From positions 124,001 through 188,000 of the forward strand of contig CBFFRP010000025.1 in the NCBI GenBank assembly GCA_965644295.1: a stretch of DNA of 64,000 nucleotides, given 5' to 3'. Positions 1 through 12,916 of this stretch are shown one piece after another. This DNA comes from Paraphysomonas bandaiensis. Taxonomy: Eukaryota; Protista; Chrysophyceae. Within the stretch, counting starts at the first letter, position 1. The number at the start of each line of letters is the position of its first letter. Under the pieces are notes generated by a model. It was not told where the DNA came from. It saw nothing but the letters and a program-made list of their open reading frames with translations, and did no database searches. A program made the position numbers and the translations under genes.

Positions 1-508
1 CAAAATAACCGCTAATCTCGTATTTACGCTAGTATTTTATATTTTATATACTCGAATGTCAAAGATCATTGATTTACCGTACGTAAGTATATTCACTTAT
101 ATCGAAAAGCCATAAGTATAAATGGAGTAAGAACGGCACGATCAAACAAACTGAGAACCGCTTCTTAAAGCATAAATACTCCATTACTAATTGTGTAGAG
201 TGTAGAACGGCTTTTGAGTAGAGCTAAAATCACCACGAGTGACCTGCGCAAATCCATGGCACCTCTTGTTCATGCGCTTCAATAGACTTCTGTGGAATGC
301 AAGTATAGTTGAAGATGGTATTCGTGCTTATAATGAGTAGCTAATCAATTCAATAATTGCAATTTAATAACTGATATCTAGTCACAAGTATATGAGCAGT
401 ACAATATTCTTGTTTGTTCTACAATCCAAAAAAGAAATCATTTTACTTTAGCACGATAACTAAATATATATGATAAACAATCAACACAACCAGCTGACAA
501 AATATAGA

Positions 509-2575
509 CTAACGGCTCATTTCTCTTTGAGAACGTAACGTTTCTAATGCCTCAACTTGTTCCCAATGGTGTAACGTTATCGTACTGGATCCATATCCAA
601 CAGCTTCTAACCTAGCCATTGCAAGAAGCTGATGTAGCGCTTCTGCACTCATGTTCGAATTCTCACGGTGCCGGACAAAGAAATCCTCCACTGTACTAAT
701 GACACTCTCTTCCATGGTTACTACAGACACATCCATACACGACATCCACCAAATCCTCCTGTCGCCGTCCGCTAGATTAATATCTGAGATATGTCCATCC
801 TCAGACACATCGGTTGAATTATTTCCAGGGGAGAGCCCTATTTTTACTGTATTGCTGGTAGCGATAATAGAAGGCTTGTCCGAAAGTATAATCACAGATA
901 TTTCTGTAGGAATATCTAGAGCGCAGTATGGAAAAGAGACAGGCATCTTTTGATTGAGTATAATGCGCTGGAGTGACTCAACACCCTTAACACCTGTGGC
1001 ATTCAGTTCACCACACTGAAGATTGCATTCGTTGAGCACTAAAACCGTCCCTACACCAACCTGTAGTGGAGAGGGATTGATCCTGTTAGAGGCCTCATTT
1101 TTGTGTACATTGAACACGCCACTATTTAGGGTATCCACAGTTACCTCCACTTCCACTAGCCGAGGCACAAAAGACCGCATTGCTTCAATTACTCGGCGCA
1201 AAGCAGGCTCTGATGCACTGAAATTGTATATATTGATGGGGAGTGTGCCTACTGCGACTGATGATGGGTTAGATTGTCGGTTGTGCACACGCGATAGCAA
1301 TGCAAGGACAATGAAGCGTGCAGCTAGGGAATCCCCATCCAATGCGGAAGTGAGCAAGTTGACAACACTTAACCTAGATGCAGCAGTGGCTTGAGATGAT
1401 AAAGAGGCCGGGAGTGCGAGGTTTGTGTAACTTGAGTCTGGAAATAGGGTAGAAGGAGTGGAAAGTAGAGGAAATGACGGACCCAAGACGCGATAGGCAA
1501 TGCAGTGAATGACAGCACCAGTACACCCACCAGCACTCGAATCCAAAGGAGTATCCCATAACTCCAGTATGTCCATGACTTCTCCTTCAGTACTTGTAAT
1601 CGGAGGACCAGTTTTTTGTCTCTTACCACGAAGTGTGCCGCGTTGGGATTCACTAAGTGCCTCACACACATGGCACCCAGTGCAGTCTTCACTAACCACT
1701 GGGGGAGTAGTGTACACACCCAAAAGCTCAACCATGTCGTGCAGACGAACCCCTCGACCATTTTCCGTGGTATCTTGATCATAAAACTTAACCACACAGC
1801 AGACATCACACCCTACTCAGTAACAAAAACGCAGTTACAACGAAGAAGCTTTAGAAATGCTGCGCTCTTACCAACACTGCCTTTCGATTCTTCGGCCGCA
1901 TTACCAGAGTTCGTAGAGCTAAATACTCTCTTCTTTTCGAAGCTATCACACTCACCCCCAAAACACACCAAACCTGGAGATGATAACCCTGGATTTATGT
2001 TGTTGGGAGAACACCCATGCAGCCATGAATTTTCGCCAGGCAGAGGAACGCAATACGTCGGAAGCCTATGCAATAAGCACATTACTCAGAAACACTCCTA
2101 ACACATTACAACACTTGCCTTTCGAATAAAATTGGATCATGTTCATCCAGAATGCTCTCATGTTCTTCGCGATACTTAAGCACACTGGATTCCGTATTTC
2201 TCGAGCGTGTACAGCCGATGTAATACTCTGGGTTGCTCATGTCCTAATTGCAATACGTCAAACGTGATATGTGTAGACCAAAAATCTCACTTGAATGAGT
2301 CCACGGTATCGCACTAACTGATTAATAGGTGTCGTTGTAGTAGACACATATGACGTACACATTAACGGCACATCACTACTGCTATATGTCGTACTATTCG
2401 AAAACAAATCACTGTATATTGCTTTCGCATCGAATATGCTACTGGTAATTCGATTTGCTCCATGAGAGTCCAATACTCTGTTAATATACGTGATATAAGT
2501 CAGTAGGGGGGCAGAGGCACTCGACCTGTCAAATTTCTCAGACATAAAGCGCAGTGGGTCTTTGATGGGGTTCAT
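509..2575 (-). CDS. MCMBP: Mini-chromosome maintenance complex-binding protein, 4 exons (approx. 2575-2291, 2243-2119, 2065-1872, 1812-509)
   Basis: Spliced reading gives LVRYRGLIQ-DMSNPEYY, LFERLPTYCVPLPGENSW, CVVKFYD, DMVELLG, LDGDSLAARFIVLALLSRV, LQVGVGTVLVLNECNLQCGELNATGV, matching the MCM-BP family. Splice sites were read by hand. Confidence 0.88.
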
Positions 2576-3160
2576 TTCACACACTCTTATGCAGAACAAT
2601 GAAAGAGTTTATTCTATTTTTAATTCAAGTGGAGGGGTACGATATCCACCTCTCTCTCTATGGTATACGCCCTATATGACACGATGTTAATGGTATCAGT
2701 GCACTGAGCAGTAATTTCAAGCAGTGTCTGCTGGTGAATTTTTGTTATGTTTCAAAATTTTGAATAGAGAAGTGATGTTTGACGAATCAAATGCTTCGTA
2801 TTATTATTGACATGATGTGATTTGATAATCCGGAAGGAGTAATGAACCCAAGTTTTATATGACACATATAAAAATAAGGAGTAGAACAGGAAAAACTGAG
2901 ATTTTCTGCACATTGGTGACTATGCACGACAGCAGTAACGAGTCGTTTTGGCATCCTTTCTATATTTTTGTTCCAAGATGCCTCTAATATTGAGATAACA
3001 ATTATCTGTATTCCAGCCTTAGTTATATTACAGTAATATAGAAGATTTATGCTTCAATTTATTTCCGAAAAATAAGATGCTGACTGCCGATTGCTTGTTG
3101 CAATATATGTATATATATATATGGAAGCCATCTATAGCCTCACCCATCTATAATTCTATC

Positions 3161-3877
3161 ATGTCTCAAGCATTACATCCCACAAAAGTAGTTGGTGAAA
3201 TAACATGGCTTGGTATTGTTGCAGACAGCGAGAAGAGTTTGCGGTCCCGTGCAGTGGATAGCTTTGAATTAACGTTTGCAGGGCAACAAGGAGAGTGTCA
3301 TGCAGGTTTAACAAGAAAATCAGACTCTAGAGTATTACTGCAATTTCCTCGTGGAACAGAAGTTAGAAATGTTCGACAACTATCGATCTTATCGGAGGAG
3401 GAACTTGATCTTATTGCTAAACGAATGGGAGTTGATAGAGTGAACCCTTCATGGGTAGGGGCATCTATGGTGGTTCGAGGAATTCCTGATTTTACTCATG
3501 TTCCTCCATCTTCGCGTCTGCAAACTTCGACAGGGACAACTCTGTGCATAGATATGGAAAATCGCCCCTGTATATACCCAGGGAAAGTAATCGAGGAAGA
3601 CGTTCCCGGCCACGGCAAGAAGTTTAAGTTAGCAGCTAAGGGTTTACGTGGTGTGACTGCCTGGGTAGAACGAGAGGGTTCTGTTAACATCGGAGACTCT
3701 GTCACTCTTCATATACCTGACCAACGACCTTGGAAGGATTTCTATGTTCATTCTACTCAAGTAGAAAATGAGGAAAATTTGGTCATGAACCGAATATACA
3801 TTGGTGCCGGATTCGCTGCTGTTTTAGCGATTTTATTAGTTATGTTCAAATTTTCTTTAGGCATGTTCAGTGCATAG
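3161..3877 (+). CDS. MOSC (molybdenum cofactor sulfurase C-terminal) domain protein, bacterial type, with C-terminal hydrophobic tail; intronless
   Basis: GECHAGLTR, RNVRQLSILSEEEL, GASMVVRGIPDFTHVPPSSRL, DMENRPC (conserved Cys), RGVTAWVEREG; tail IYIGAGFAAVLAILLVMF. ATG at 3161 chosen as the likely start. Confidence 0.88.
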   Translation: MSQALHPTKVVGEITWLGIVADSEKSLRSRAVDSFELTFAGQQGECHAGLTRKSDSRVLLQFPRGTEVRNVRQLSILSEEELDLIAKRMGVDRVNPSWVGASMVVRGIPDFTHVPPSSRLQTSTGTTLCIDMENRPCIYPGKVIEEDVPGHGKKFKLAAKGLRGVTAWVEREGSVNIGDSVTLHIPDQRPWKDFYVHSTQVENEENLVMNRIYIGAGFAAVLAILLVMFKFSLGMFSA

Positions 3878-4443
3878 TGTCCGTCAGAAATATTCGATGA
3901 ATTTTAAATCCAATCGAAATAATATATTTTTAAAACCTATCGTGCGAAATGCCCTGCAAGATGCACCTTATCCTAGGACAGTCATGCTCTTACGATTCAA
4001 AAATACCACTGTAGCGCAATGCATTAGATATCCAAATGATGATGTGTAAAATATGAATCAATTCCGATATATAATGCCACATCTCGGTAGTCGTAGAATC
4101 GTACACCGTACACAGTGTAGAATATGTTGTTATGGATATTGCTCAGGAAACTATTCTCTAACTCTATTGAGCATTGATAAGATAATGCACAAAAGCGCCA
4201 CAAAGTACCTGTAGAGTTGCAAAAATGAACATTGTTGTCTAATGTTGTTTAGAGTTTTTCGGAGTATAGAGGAGATACTATATTATCTTAAAAACACTTC
4301 TAAGTTCTATATATACCAGTCCATTAATGGCAGTCCGGTTCCCGGATATTATAATGGCCATTAATGCCATTAACAGTTACGACACGTACATACCATATAT
4401 CACATAATACCACTGTTTTATCAGCTATAAATATATTAATACT

Positions 4444-5174
4444 TCATTGTGTACCTAAACAATAGTTGTATCCCCTATCTGCTTTACGGAAAGAGAGCTC
4501 CATTGTTAATGATCCGAATTTTGAGAATGGAATTGCAAAAATCCAAGCAGGCGAGGAATTTGATTTGACAAGGTCTGAGAAAGATGCTGTTAGAATATAT
4601 CTCCATTCAGACAGTGATTGCAACAATACAGAGGATGATGAAGCTGGCGTTGGCTATGCGGAAAAAATTCTTCAGTCAGCTCAAAAAATTAAGAAACGAA
4701 AAGTTGAAATATCTAAGTACAGGTCAACAAGTCATGTAGTATGTACTTCCAATACATGTGAACGCCTGTTCAGCGCAGCTAAACTTATCATTTCAGTGTT
4801 GCGCAAAAGTATGCATCCTTCTACACTTAATATGCTGTTGTTTCTGAAAGCTAATCGACAGTTGTGGCCGGATGCAAGCATATTTCAAATAATTTTGGAT
4901 GAATATGGTGATGTTGACGTCAGCGATGATGGATCAGAGGATGAGGACGAGGTGGATTTTTATTAGCTATAAGCAGTTGTTACTTACTAATACTAAAAAT
5001 TAAATCTACGGGTGTGTTTACTTACCGCTTAGTCATACTAATATATTGCAATATATTGACAATATATTGCAATATATTGTAATTGTATTGTTGAGTCTGC
5101 TTAAAATCTCCATCAATAGTATTGATAGAACGCTAACTTACAATAGTATTGCAATATATTGTTTCCTAGCCCTG
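4444..5174 (+). mobile_element. 5'-truncated hAT transposon: C-terminal dimerisation domain plus right end
   Basis: ORF 4466-4966 has TSNTCERLFSAAK..RKSMHPSTLNMLLFLKAN..W (hAT dimerisation motif) and an acidic tail. It is followed by CAATATATTG subterminal repeats and the terminus GTTTCCTAGCCCTG at 5174. No left end was found. Confidence 0.82.
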
Positions 5175-5894
5175 GTTGTAACTACGTTATTGTTGAGCCC
5201 ATAGTTGAACAATAAACTGCAAGCTCACAATAAACTGCTTGTGAGCAATTAAAAGCTGCAGTTTCTAAGATATTTGAATTATAACTGTTATAGCCAGTAA
5301 TATTTCCTATGTTGGAGAGCAAGTATCTTGGACAGGCAGAATCTTTCAGCTACGATATATATCGAACGAACTGCAAATCCTTTCAAGATGCGTTTTTGTT
5401 TCGTAACCAACCATTTGAGTATGTTGTTTAGTTGTCATATCTGTGCATTGTAATTGATATAAATATAAGTGACACTGATACCCCCAAGACGGCAAGATTT
5501 CATGACGTTTGGTTAGAAGGGAACTTGAAGAAATATATGGATATTCTGTTCAGAGAACGAAGCAGAGATTATTCCTGTTTATGCTACTTGATCGGTGGAC
5601 TTCTGTCTATTATGCTACTATGAAATATCTCTTTTTGTATATTCTAACTCTGCTTTGACCTGATCTATGCTGCGTTGGTTTCACTTTTTACCTGCTGTGT
5701 GACTTCATTGTTCTTTAATGCGTGGTTATATGCGAGTACATTTTATGACTAGGTTTATAACTAGAAACGACTAGGTTGAATCATTTATTACTTTGACTAG
5801 ATTATTCCACCAAAAATAGTGTGACTAGGTAGTTCAACCAATTTGGCTAGGTTGAATAATATTTCCCATTATAAGATCCACTGGTATTATAACT

Positions 5895-6010
5895 TTGTAT
5901 ACAAGATAGTGACGATGTAGGCTTACACTAGAAATGGTTGGTGTAGTGTGTAGTAGAGATAAATCGAGTCGGTAAATGACAAAGAATGATATCTCTTATA
6001 ATTTTCTGAT
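5895..6010. repeat. Diverged fragment of the dispersed repeat also at 18.9 kb and 62 kb
   Basis: Shares TACAAGATAGTGACGATGTAGG and downstream AGAAATG..TTGGT..AGTAGAGATAA with 19013-19080 and 62058-62115. Confidence 0.6.
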
Positions 6011-6336
6011 TAGGGTGTTCATCTAAGCTTCATTACTAAGTTCAACTACTAATTGCTAATTGCTAACATAATATAGCAATGACAGAGGAAAACAATTCCT
6101 AGATAACAGCCAATATATTTTATGCAGTGCACTGCTGTATAGGCATATGAAATGGAATGAATAAAAAGCAGTTTTTTTACACTGTTTGGTATTATAACAT
6201 TATTGCCACAAGCCACAAACTATAATGAAAACGTATGCACTAATACCAGGATATAGTGCTCCAGAGGCACAAGAAATTGTATCACACTGTAGCTCACACA
6301 TTCAACTCAAATCACCAACAACTGGGTAGAAACATT

Positions 6337-8220
6337 TTACTCTAGATCAGGTTGAGGTTCGGCACTATAAGCTGCCATATGCTGGTTACCCTGGAGAACA
6401 AACTCTGGTCGCCCCTCCCCCAGCACTACTTCGGCATGAGATATGGAACCATTAGCTCCCGTTTGTTGTGTTGCCTTCGAAACTAGCTCTGACCGCTCGT
6501 CTACGAGCTCTGAATGTTGTCTCAAGAGGGAGTCATATACAGTCGCAAGGTCGGCGAGTTTTTTCTTCGTACTGTTAAGTGCAGACTCGCGGGCTTCCAG
6601 GAGATTAGTTAGTCTTGCAATTTCCTCCTGCCCTGCCTCAATTTCATCTGCCGCAGCTTTGGAGAGCTCCTCTATTGTGTCTTCAGAATCCCTGTGTTGC
6701 TGTTTCAACGACTCGACTTCTGCTTTCAAGGCCCGTTTCTCACTAGTCAGTAACTCGATGTCATGACGGGCAGTCAGCAGTGCCTCCTTCTCCTTCGCCA
6801 ATTGAGCGGCCAACTCGTCGCGGTCCATAACTACCGACTTCAGATCAGTTATGATAGCACCTCTACTATCGCTCTGAGAGGCCACGCGGTTAAGAGCATC
6901 CCTCTCGATGCATGTCTCCTTCAACTCCTTTTCTAAAGCTTCAATTCTTTTTTCCCGACGAGTAGCCTCTGGTCGCAGAAAAGCAATCTCTGATGCCTGT
7001 ACGCTAACCCGTGTTTCAAGTTCCTTAATACTCTGCCCTCTTTTCTCGAACCCTTCACACAGAGCTAACATTTGATCCTCAAAGTCCTCCTGTTGTCGCG
7101 TCAGATCCATGTCCTTTGTCGCAACCTCCTCTTCAAGCTCATTCACCCTCTCTTGAAGTGAGGATATGGACAATTTCATACCAGGCACTTCTTTCAACAC
7201 GCGTGCATCCTGCTCCCTCGCGTGCTCCATACTCCGAAGTTGCCGACGAAGGCTTTCGACTTTACGTTGCAGGGAAATATTTTGATCCTCTAAGGCAGGA
7301 ACACGATCTCGCAATTCAGTCAGCACAATGAGTTCCTTATTTTCAGCCACAAGCTCGTTCTTTTCAATAAGTATAGCGTTATATCGATCAGTTACATCCT
7401 GTTTGGCTTCTTCAGCCAAGGAAACCTGGTGCTGATAGGTCTCCAGAGCGTTTTCAGCCCTAAGACGCATTCGGGATGCAGTCTCCAATTCATCAACGAG
7501 ATATCCATTCTTCCGTTCAAGTTCCATGAATTTAGAGGATTGAATACGCATATCCGCAATGAGTTGAGCATTCTTCAGCTGCAACATTCCGATTTGTTGC
7601 TCAAGCGATACAGATGGATCGCTCATAGACAAATCAGGACTGCATAGTTCCTCCTTTAGTGCCTTGTATTTTTCTTCCCATTTAGTTTTATCGCTCCCCA
7701 ACACTTTCAACTCTTCTTTCAAACGAGATATTTCAGTCTCATAGGATTGGACCTGTGCTTCCAACGACTCATTTTGTGAAGTGATATCCGAAATGGTCCG
7801 CTGCAGAAGTGTCTCAGTTTCAATACTAGCGGATGTTAGTTTTTCTTCTAACTCTTGAAGTTCTTTCTTCGAATCACGCTTCACCCGGGCAAGGCAATCT
7901 TCTAATTCTTGTATCGTTCCTTTAAGTCGAGCTACGTCACTCACATTTTCGACCTTCTGAACAAGTTCATTTCTCTCAGCTTCTAACGATGACCGTGCTG
8001 CTCTTTCAGTCTCAAGATGTTCATTTTTTTCAGTCAATTCATGTTCTAGTTGACGTATTCTTCTATTCTGATCATCAAATACACGATCGAACTTACACAC
8101 TTGGGCCTCTAGGTCACATATCCTATTCATAGGCCCTGATTTATCCGCTATGACTGCTGTGTGTTCGATTATATTCAATGAATCAAACTTGGATTGTTCC
8201 ATATTTAATTTAAGCGACAT
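6337..8220 (-). CDS. Long coiled-coil protein (627 aa), function unknown, intronless
   Basis: Uninterrupted ORF rich in E/K/L/Q/R with heptad character and no recognisable catalytic motif. Confidence 0.8.
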   Translation of the reverse strand: MSLKLNMEQSKFDSLNIIEHTAVIADKSGPMNRICDLEAQVCKFDRVFDDQNRRIRQLEHELTEKNEHLETERAARSSLEAERNELVQKVENVSDVARLKGTIQELEDCLARVKRDSKKELQELEEKLTSASIETETLLQRTISDITSQNESLEAQVQSYETEISRLKEELKVLGSDKTKWEEKYKALKEELCSPDLSMSDPSVSLEQQIGMLQLKNAQLIADMRIQSSKFMELERKNGYLVDELETASRMRLRAENALETYQHQVSLAEEAKQDVTDRYNAILIEKNELVAENKELIVLTELRDRVPALEDQNISLQRKVESLRRQLRSMEHAREQDARVLKEVPGMKLSISSLQERVNELEEEVATKDMDLTRQQEDFEDQMLALCEGFEKRGQSIKELETRVSVQASEIAFLRPEATRREKRIEALEKELKETCIERDALNRVASQSDSRGAIITDLKSVVMDRDELAAQLAKEKEALLTARHDIELLTSEKRALKAEVESLKQQHRDSEDTIEELSKAAADEIEAGQEEIARLTNLLEARESALNSTKKKLADLATVYDSLLRQHSELVDERSELVSKATQQTGANGSISHAEVVLGEGRPEFVLQGNQHMAAYSAEPQPDLE

Positions 8221-8768
8221 TATTAATTAATCATCAATAAAACAGAACGCTAATAGTGGTTCAATATAAACAGTATCGTATGCAATCAGAGAGGGAAGAA
8301 ATATTTATATAAGGGGCTGGATAGAGCCGAGAGCCGAGAGGATATGGACAACTCCTAGATGTCGCATGCAGCATATAGTAGAATGGGGATATGATAGTGC
8401 TGTAGATGGTGTGTGTACAGGAGTAGGCGGTATGTACTGCAGATGCCGTTGATAGGTCCAGAACAAACCACTCAAAATTTTTAATTTTTTTTTGGTAAAA
8501 TGGTGAACCCAGCCACGGTACATACAGCAGAGTACATACTGTACACATGGGGGATTGTGTTTTGGTGGCTTTTCTAAAACCCTACCTTTTAGTGTCTATA
8601 AAATCAATGTTTTCTATAGAAAAGCATAGAATTTTGTAGAATATGTACTATTTATGATGCTGGTGGGCCAGGTCTGCATATATATATATATATATTAACA
8701 GTGCTTTGTTAACATATATAACATATCGACTATATATGTGACCTCCCAGGCCTATCGATATACAAGAT

Positions 8769-11700
8769 ATGTCCGTCCTTTTATTCGGTACGGCAGAAAA
8801 TAATGAGAAGTGGACCGGAGAGTGGTACTTTGCTAAGAATAAAGCCAAAAGGAAGCGTTTCTCTTACAAGAAAGTTTCTCAATCTGCTCCACGAGATATG
8901 ATCAATTATGTCTCATTTATTCGTCCACCATCAGAGGGGGGACATTCAGGTAGAGGACGTGGACGTCGTGGAAGGGGTAGAGGACGAGGAAGAGGACATA
9001 ATCGGTCAAATGCAGACACTGTTGTTGTGGGGTACGGGCTGTATATTAGCTGTGTGTGTTTGTATTTACGATTCGATGTATGTAGTAACGACACTGGTAG
9101 TGATGATGGCGTGAATAAACTTCCTCATGACGATGTTACTGCCGAACAAGAGAAGGTGTCTGATCCAACAAACACCACTGGTGAAGAGAACATGAACAGT
9201 AGTGAACCTACCAATGAAGTGGCCACATCTTTGGAAAGTAAGGTTTCCAGTGAGAGTAAGGAAACCTTGGAAACCCAGGATACCACATATGATGATTCAA
9301 CTCAGCGCGAGAGATCTTCGTCGAATGTGAGTGATTCATCTGCACATGCAGAGGATGATAGTTCGACTCCTGTGGAAATACCTCCGAGGCATCCACTATT
9401 TGGTCTATGGGAGGGTTCCTTTATGGTTGGTGATCAGAAAGGTAGTCTACTCTCATCTACATTTAATTTCTTCAATGAAAGTGCATGCTGTGATTTACAA
9501 CTAGTTGCTTTATGTAACTAATGGTAAGTATGTTTGATTGCCCCTCAGGTGTTGAAGAGGAGGTCCATGAGTCATTCATATTGTACGCTTTTCACTCAGA
9601 CTCTCCACAACTTGAGGGCGCCCTTGACTCTGGTATTGATCCATCGTCAGCACTTGCTAACTTACCACCGTGCCCTAGGGTAAGAAACGTTATTGATATT
9701 GTTTTATCCCAATATAGTGCATGTGTGTTCGCCGATATATAATGTACTGTGTTTCTGACTTTTGCATGAAGTGGACTGTATCATTTGTGCGGGCTCTGCA
9801 TGAAGATGGGGGTAGGCATCCTGCTAAAGTTATTGAGAAGGCCAATGCAACTGAAACAGCCTGTCCTATGGAGACTGGAGATACAGGAAGCACTTCTACT
9901 AATCAGCACACTAATGGTACGGGATCTAGTACACATTCCGGAGTGGAGAAGGCAGCGAATGAAGAGGATGATGACGAACATACTGCCGAGGTTGATGTGA
10001 GTGCTACCTTGCACATTTGAATATGATAGTCGATGTGTCTCTGTCCACCCCGTATTTACTGTAGTACACTGACTCCTTATATAGAGCGGTGACGTTCCTG
10101 GTTTAGTTCCGCCTTCAGAAGAAGTAATGCTTATAGGATTTGGAAAGAATATATATGGGCGGTTCAGCATTGCTGGGGCATATAATCCGGCTGCTGGTAA
10201 GATGCAATGCTCTAGTGCAGCGCGGCGTAATTTTTTCCCCTAGGAACCTTGCGGTGTGAAAAGAAGTACATGCTCAGCAAGCTTGGTACATTATGCTATA
10301 GCATACGCTGTATTGAATAATAACGCTAAATAGGTGGAAGACCTAGGAAGTCGTCGATATCACCTCTATCCACTAGGCACGATGGATCAGATGAAGCCGT
10401 TCGAATGTCTACTAGACATCGATACCCCCCTACTCCTATGGATGCTTGGCATGAAGACCCTGTTCCTACACCAGCTTCAGCTGCTGTTCTATCTAATGGA
10501 ACCCCAGTTGACGAGTCATTTTCCCCGAGACCTCTACAGAAGAGGAGGTAGAGGAAGACCATATGGATAGTGTATGTTGATAAATGCGATTTTCCAGGAG
10601 GACTAGTTTGGGGGCTAGCACAAGTGCCGAGGAGGCGGCAATGACATCGAGCATTGGCTTCACCCCGTCCTACATGAAGTCCATTCAACAAGATCAGCTC
10701 TCAGATGCATACAGTGATGACATTCAAGATGACTATAGACATGCCTTTTATGACGAGGACACGGGAGATGTCTATGAGGGCGGGTACGTGACGAACTGCA
10801 TATTGTCTGTGTTGACGAAATATTTAGGTGGGAAAATGGGCTGAGGCACGGAAAGGTATATTTTACTGACCTCTGGAGTTTATCTAGTGATTGAGTTCTT
10901 TGTTGTGTGGCTAGGGTATTGCTCTTTTTCCTGACGGTACAATGTATGAGGGGACATGGGTAAATAGTGTGAAGTGAATTTATTTAAGTGCTTTACATCT
11001 TGTGTTAGTTGAACGGGAAAAAACACGGGTTCGGTCAATTGATGGATTCCAATAGACAAGTTATATTTTCAGGCGAGTGGTACGAGGGAAAGTTCAGTGG
11101 TAAAGGGGAATATATATACCTATCCACAGGGGATGTTTACACAGGTGTACTTATGTCGTTTATGCGGGTGCTGTGCGTCGTAATTGCTGTGTGCAGGAGA
11201 ATGGAAAGAAGGAGCAAGGCATGGAAAAGGTGAGTCTTATGATAGTATGTGTAAATGAAACGCAGTTTAATTGTGGGTAGGCGAATATGTCCGAGGTCAG
11301 GACGGCATCAGGTGTGCGATTTACAAGCTTCATTTAAAAATTCTTAATCACAATTTATCAGATACGTAGGAGACTGGAGAGACAATATGAGGCATGGACG
11401 GGTAAGAGTCGTATTTTGCGAGATGATTGACGAGAAGTTGTTAACTAGATGAACAGGGTGTACTAACGTGGCCTGATGGCTCATTCTATGAGGGAGAATT
11501 TGATCGTGATGCAAAGTAATAGTTCTTCTTTCTGCCACCGTAAGTGTTTTCTTATATATACGCTTGAAATTCAGGCATGGGAGAGGTGAGCTCCACCTAA
11601 GTAACGGATTTTACTATTCTGGCTATTGGGATATGAACTACATGGTAGTACCCTCAATGCTATATACTTTGCTCTCTTACATATGGGGCCATAGGAGGGG

Positions 11701-12129
11701 CGTGGAGTATGTGTGTTTCCTGATGGGCAGGAATACCAGGTGAATCTTTTTCACCATACTTGGGGTATCGTCAAGTAACATCTGTGCAGGGTGTTTTCAA
11801 GCGTGGATTAAAAGAGGGTCGTGGATCCATAAGATTTTCTGAGGTGAGACTATATATGACTAGCTATTACGGATGTTATACTCGCATTGTAACACCAGGG
11901 CGCGGTGTATGAAGGGCGGTTCAGAGAAGACGCCATGGATGGGCAGGGTACTCTAAAGGTATATAGCAATCCCTATTTGTTCCGTCGTTCAACAATGTCA
12001 CAACTGCTGTTTTAGATTCACAAGACCGTGCCTGGACCAGTGCCTGGTGAGGTTCTTATTCCTATAGAGATTCAGGCCGATATTAGGCGAATTCATCACC
12101 GTGCTGGATTTGGTAGCGATTCTCATTGA
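8769..12129 (+). CDS. MORN-repeat protein with RG-rich and acidic N-terminal region; many short exons
   Basis: Successive exons encode MORN units (YEGG.ENGLRHGKG, YEGTWLNGKKHGFG, YVGDWRDNMRHGRG, YEGRFREDAMDGQG), separated by ~50-nt GT-AG introns; stop TGA at 12127-12129. The exon chain upstream of 10.3 kb is less certain. Confidence 0.8.
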
Positions 12130-12916
12130 TTAGTTTTTCGAAATGTGTTTAATGTAGTATTATTAATAATGAAATAAGTGTAGCCTCGTATATAAAATGC
12201 GCTTTACTGTGATCTAATTACGAATGCATTCATTTTTTCATGAAACAGTAGGAAGGAACGACTTTACGACTATGTGCGAATGAATAAAGTGTAGCTGTTC
12301 TCTCAATGAAATTTATGTCTGTTGAGCTTCGCCGGGTTTGATCACGTGAATCAGTCCGATTATCATTGCATGTGTCGAAAAATAGTTACAGTAGTTAACA
12401 GAATATTCTATTGAAATCTACTTGTCAAAATCGCCATTAATAAACTCAAGTTTAGAATCAATTTATGACAAAATAATTCAACCATATTGATATATACCGT
12501 AAACATAGAGTTGTAACAATTGTAAAGGTTGTATACAGTATACAGATGCATGTCTTTACAGAAATATTATTAATGTCAAAACAAATTTGAGGCAACCAAG
12601 CCAATAATAAGTTAAGAATGTGAAAGAGTGTAGTGAACAGTGAAACCATTATTGTTTAGCATTCATACTCCCTTTTCGTTACACTAATCATAATTTAAAA
12701 GTGATGTTTATTTCAAAAATTCAATACTAATGATGCTCTGTTGTGTAAACTATAACTAAAGAAAACAATATATCTCTTATTATAGATACACTACATATGC
12801 TACACAGAAAATTGATTTTGCTACTTGAACAACAAATATATATGATAGAGTGAACGACGCTCTGACGAAACAACACCCCACATATATTGAAGTCTTGCAC
12901 GACTAGAGCATATCAA

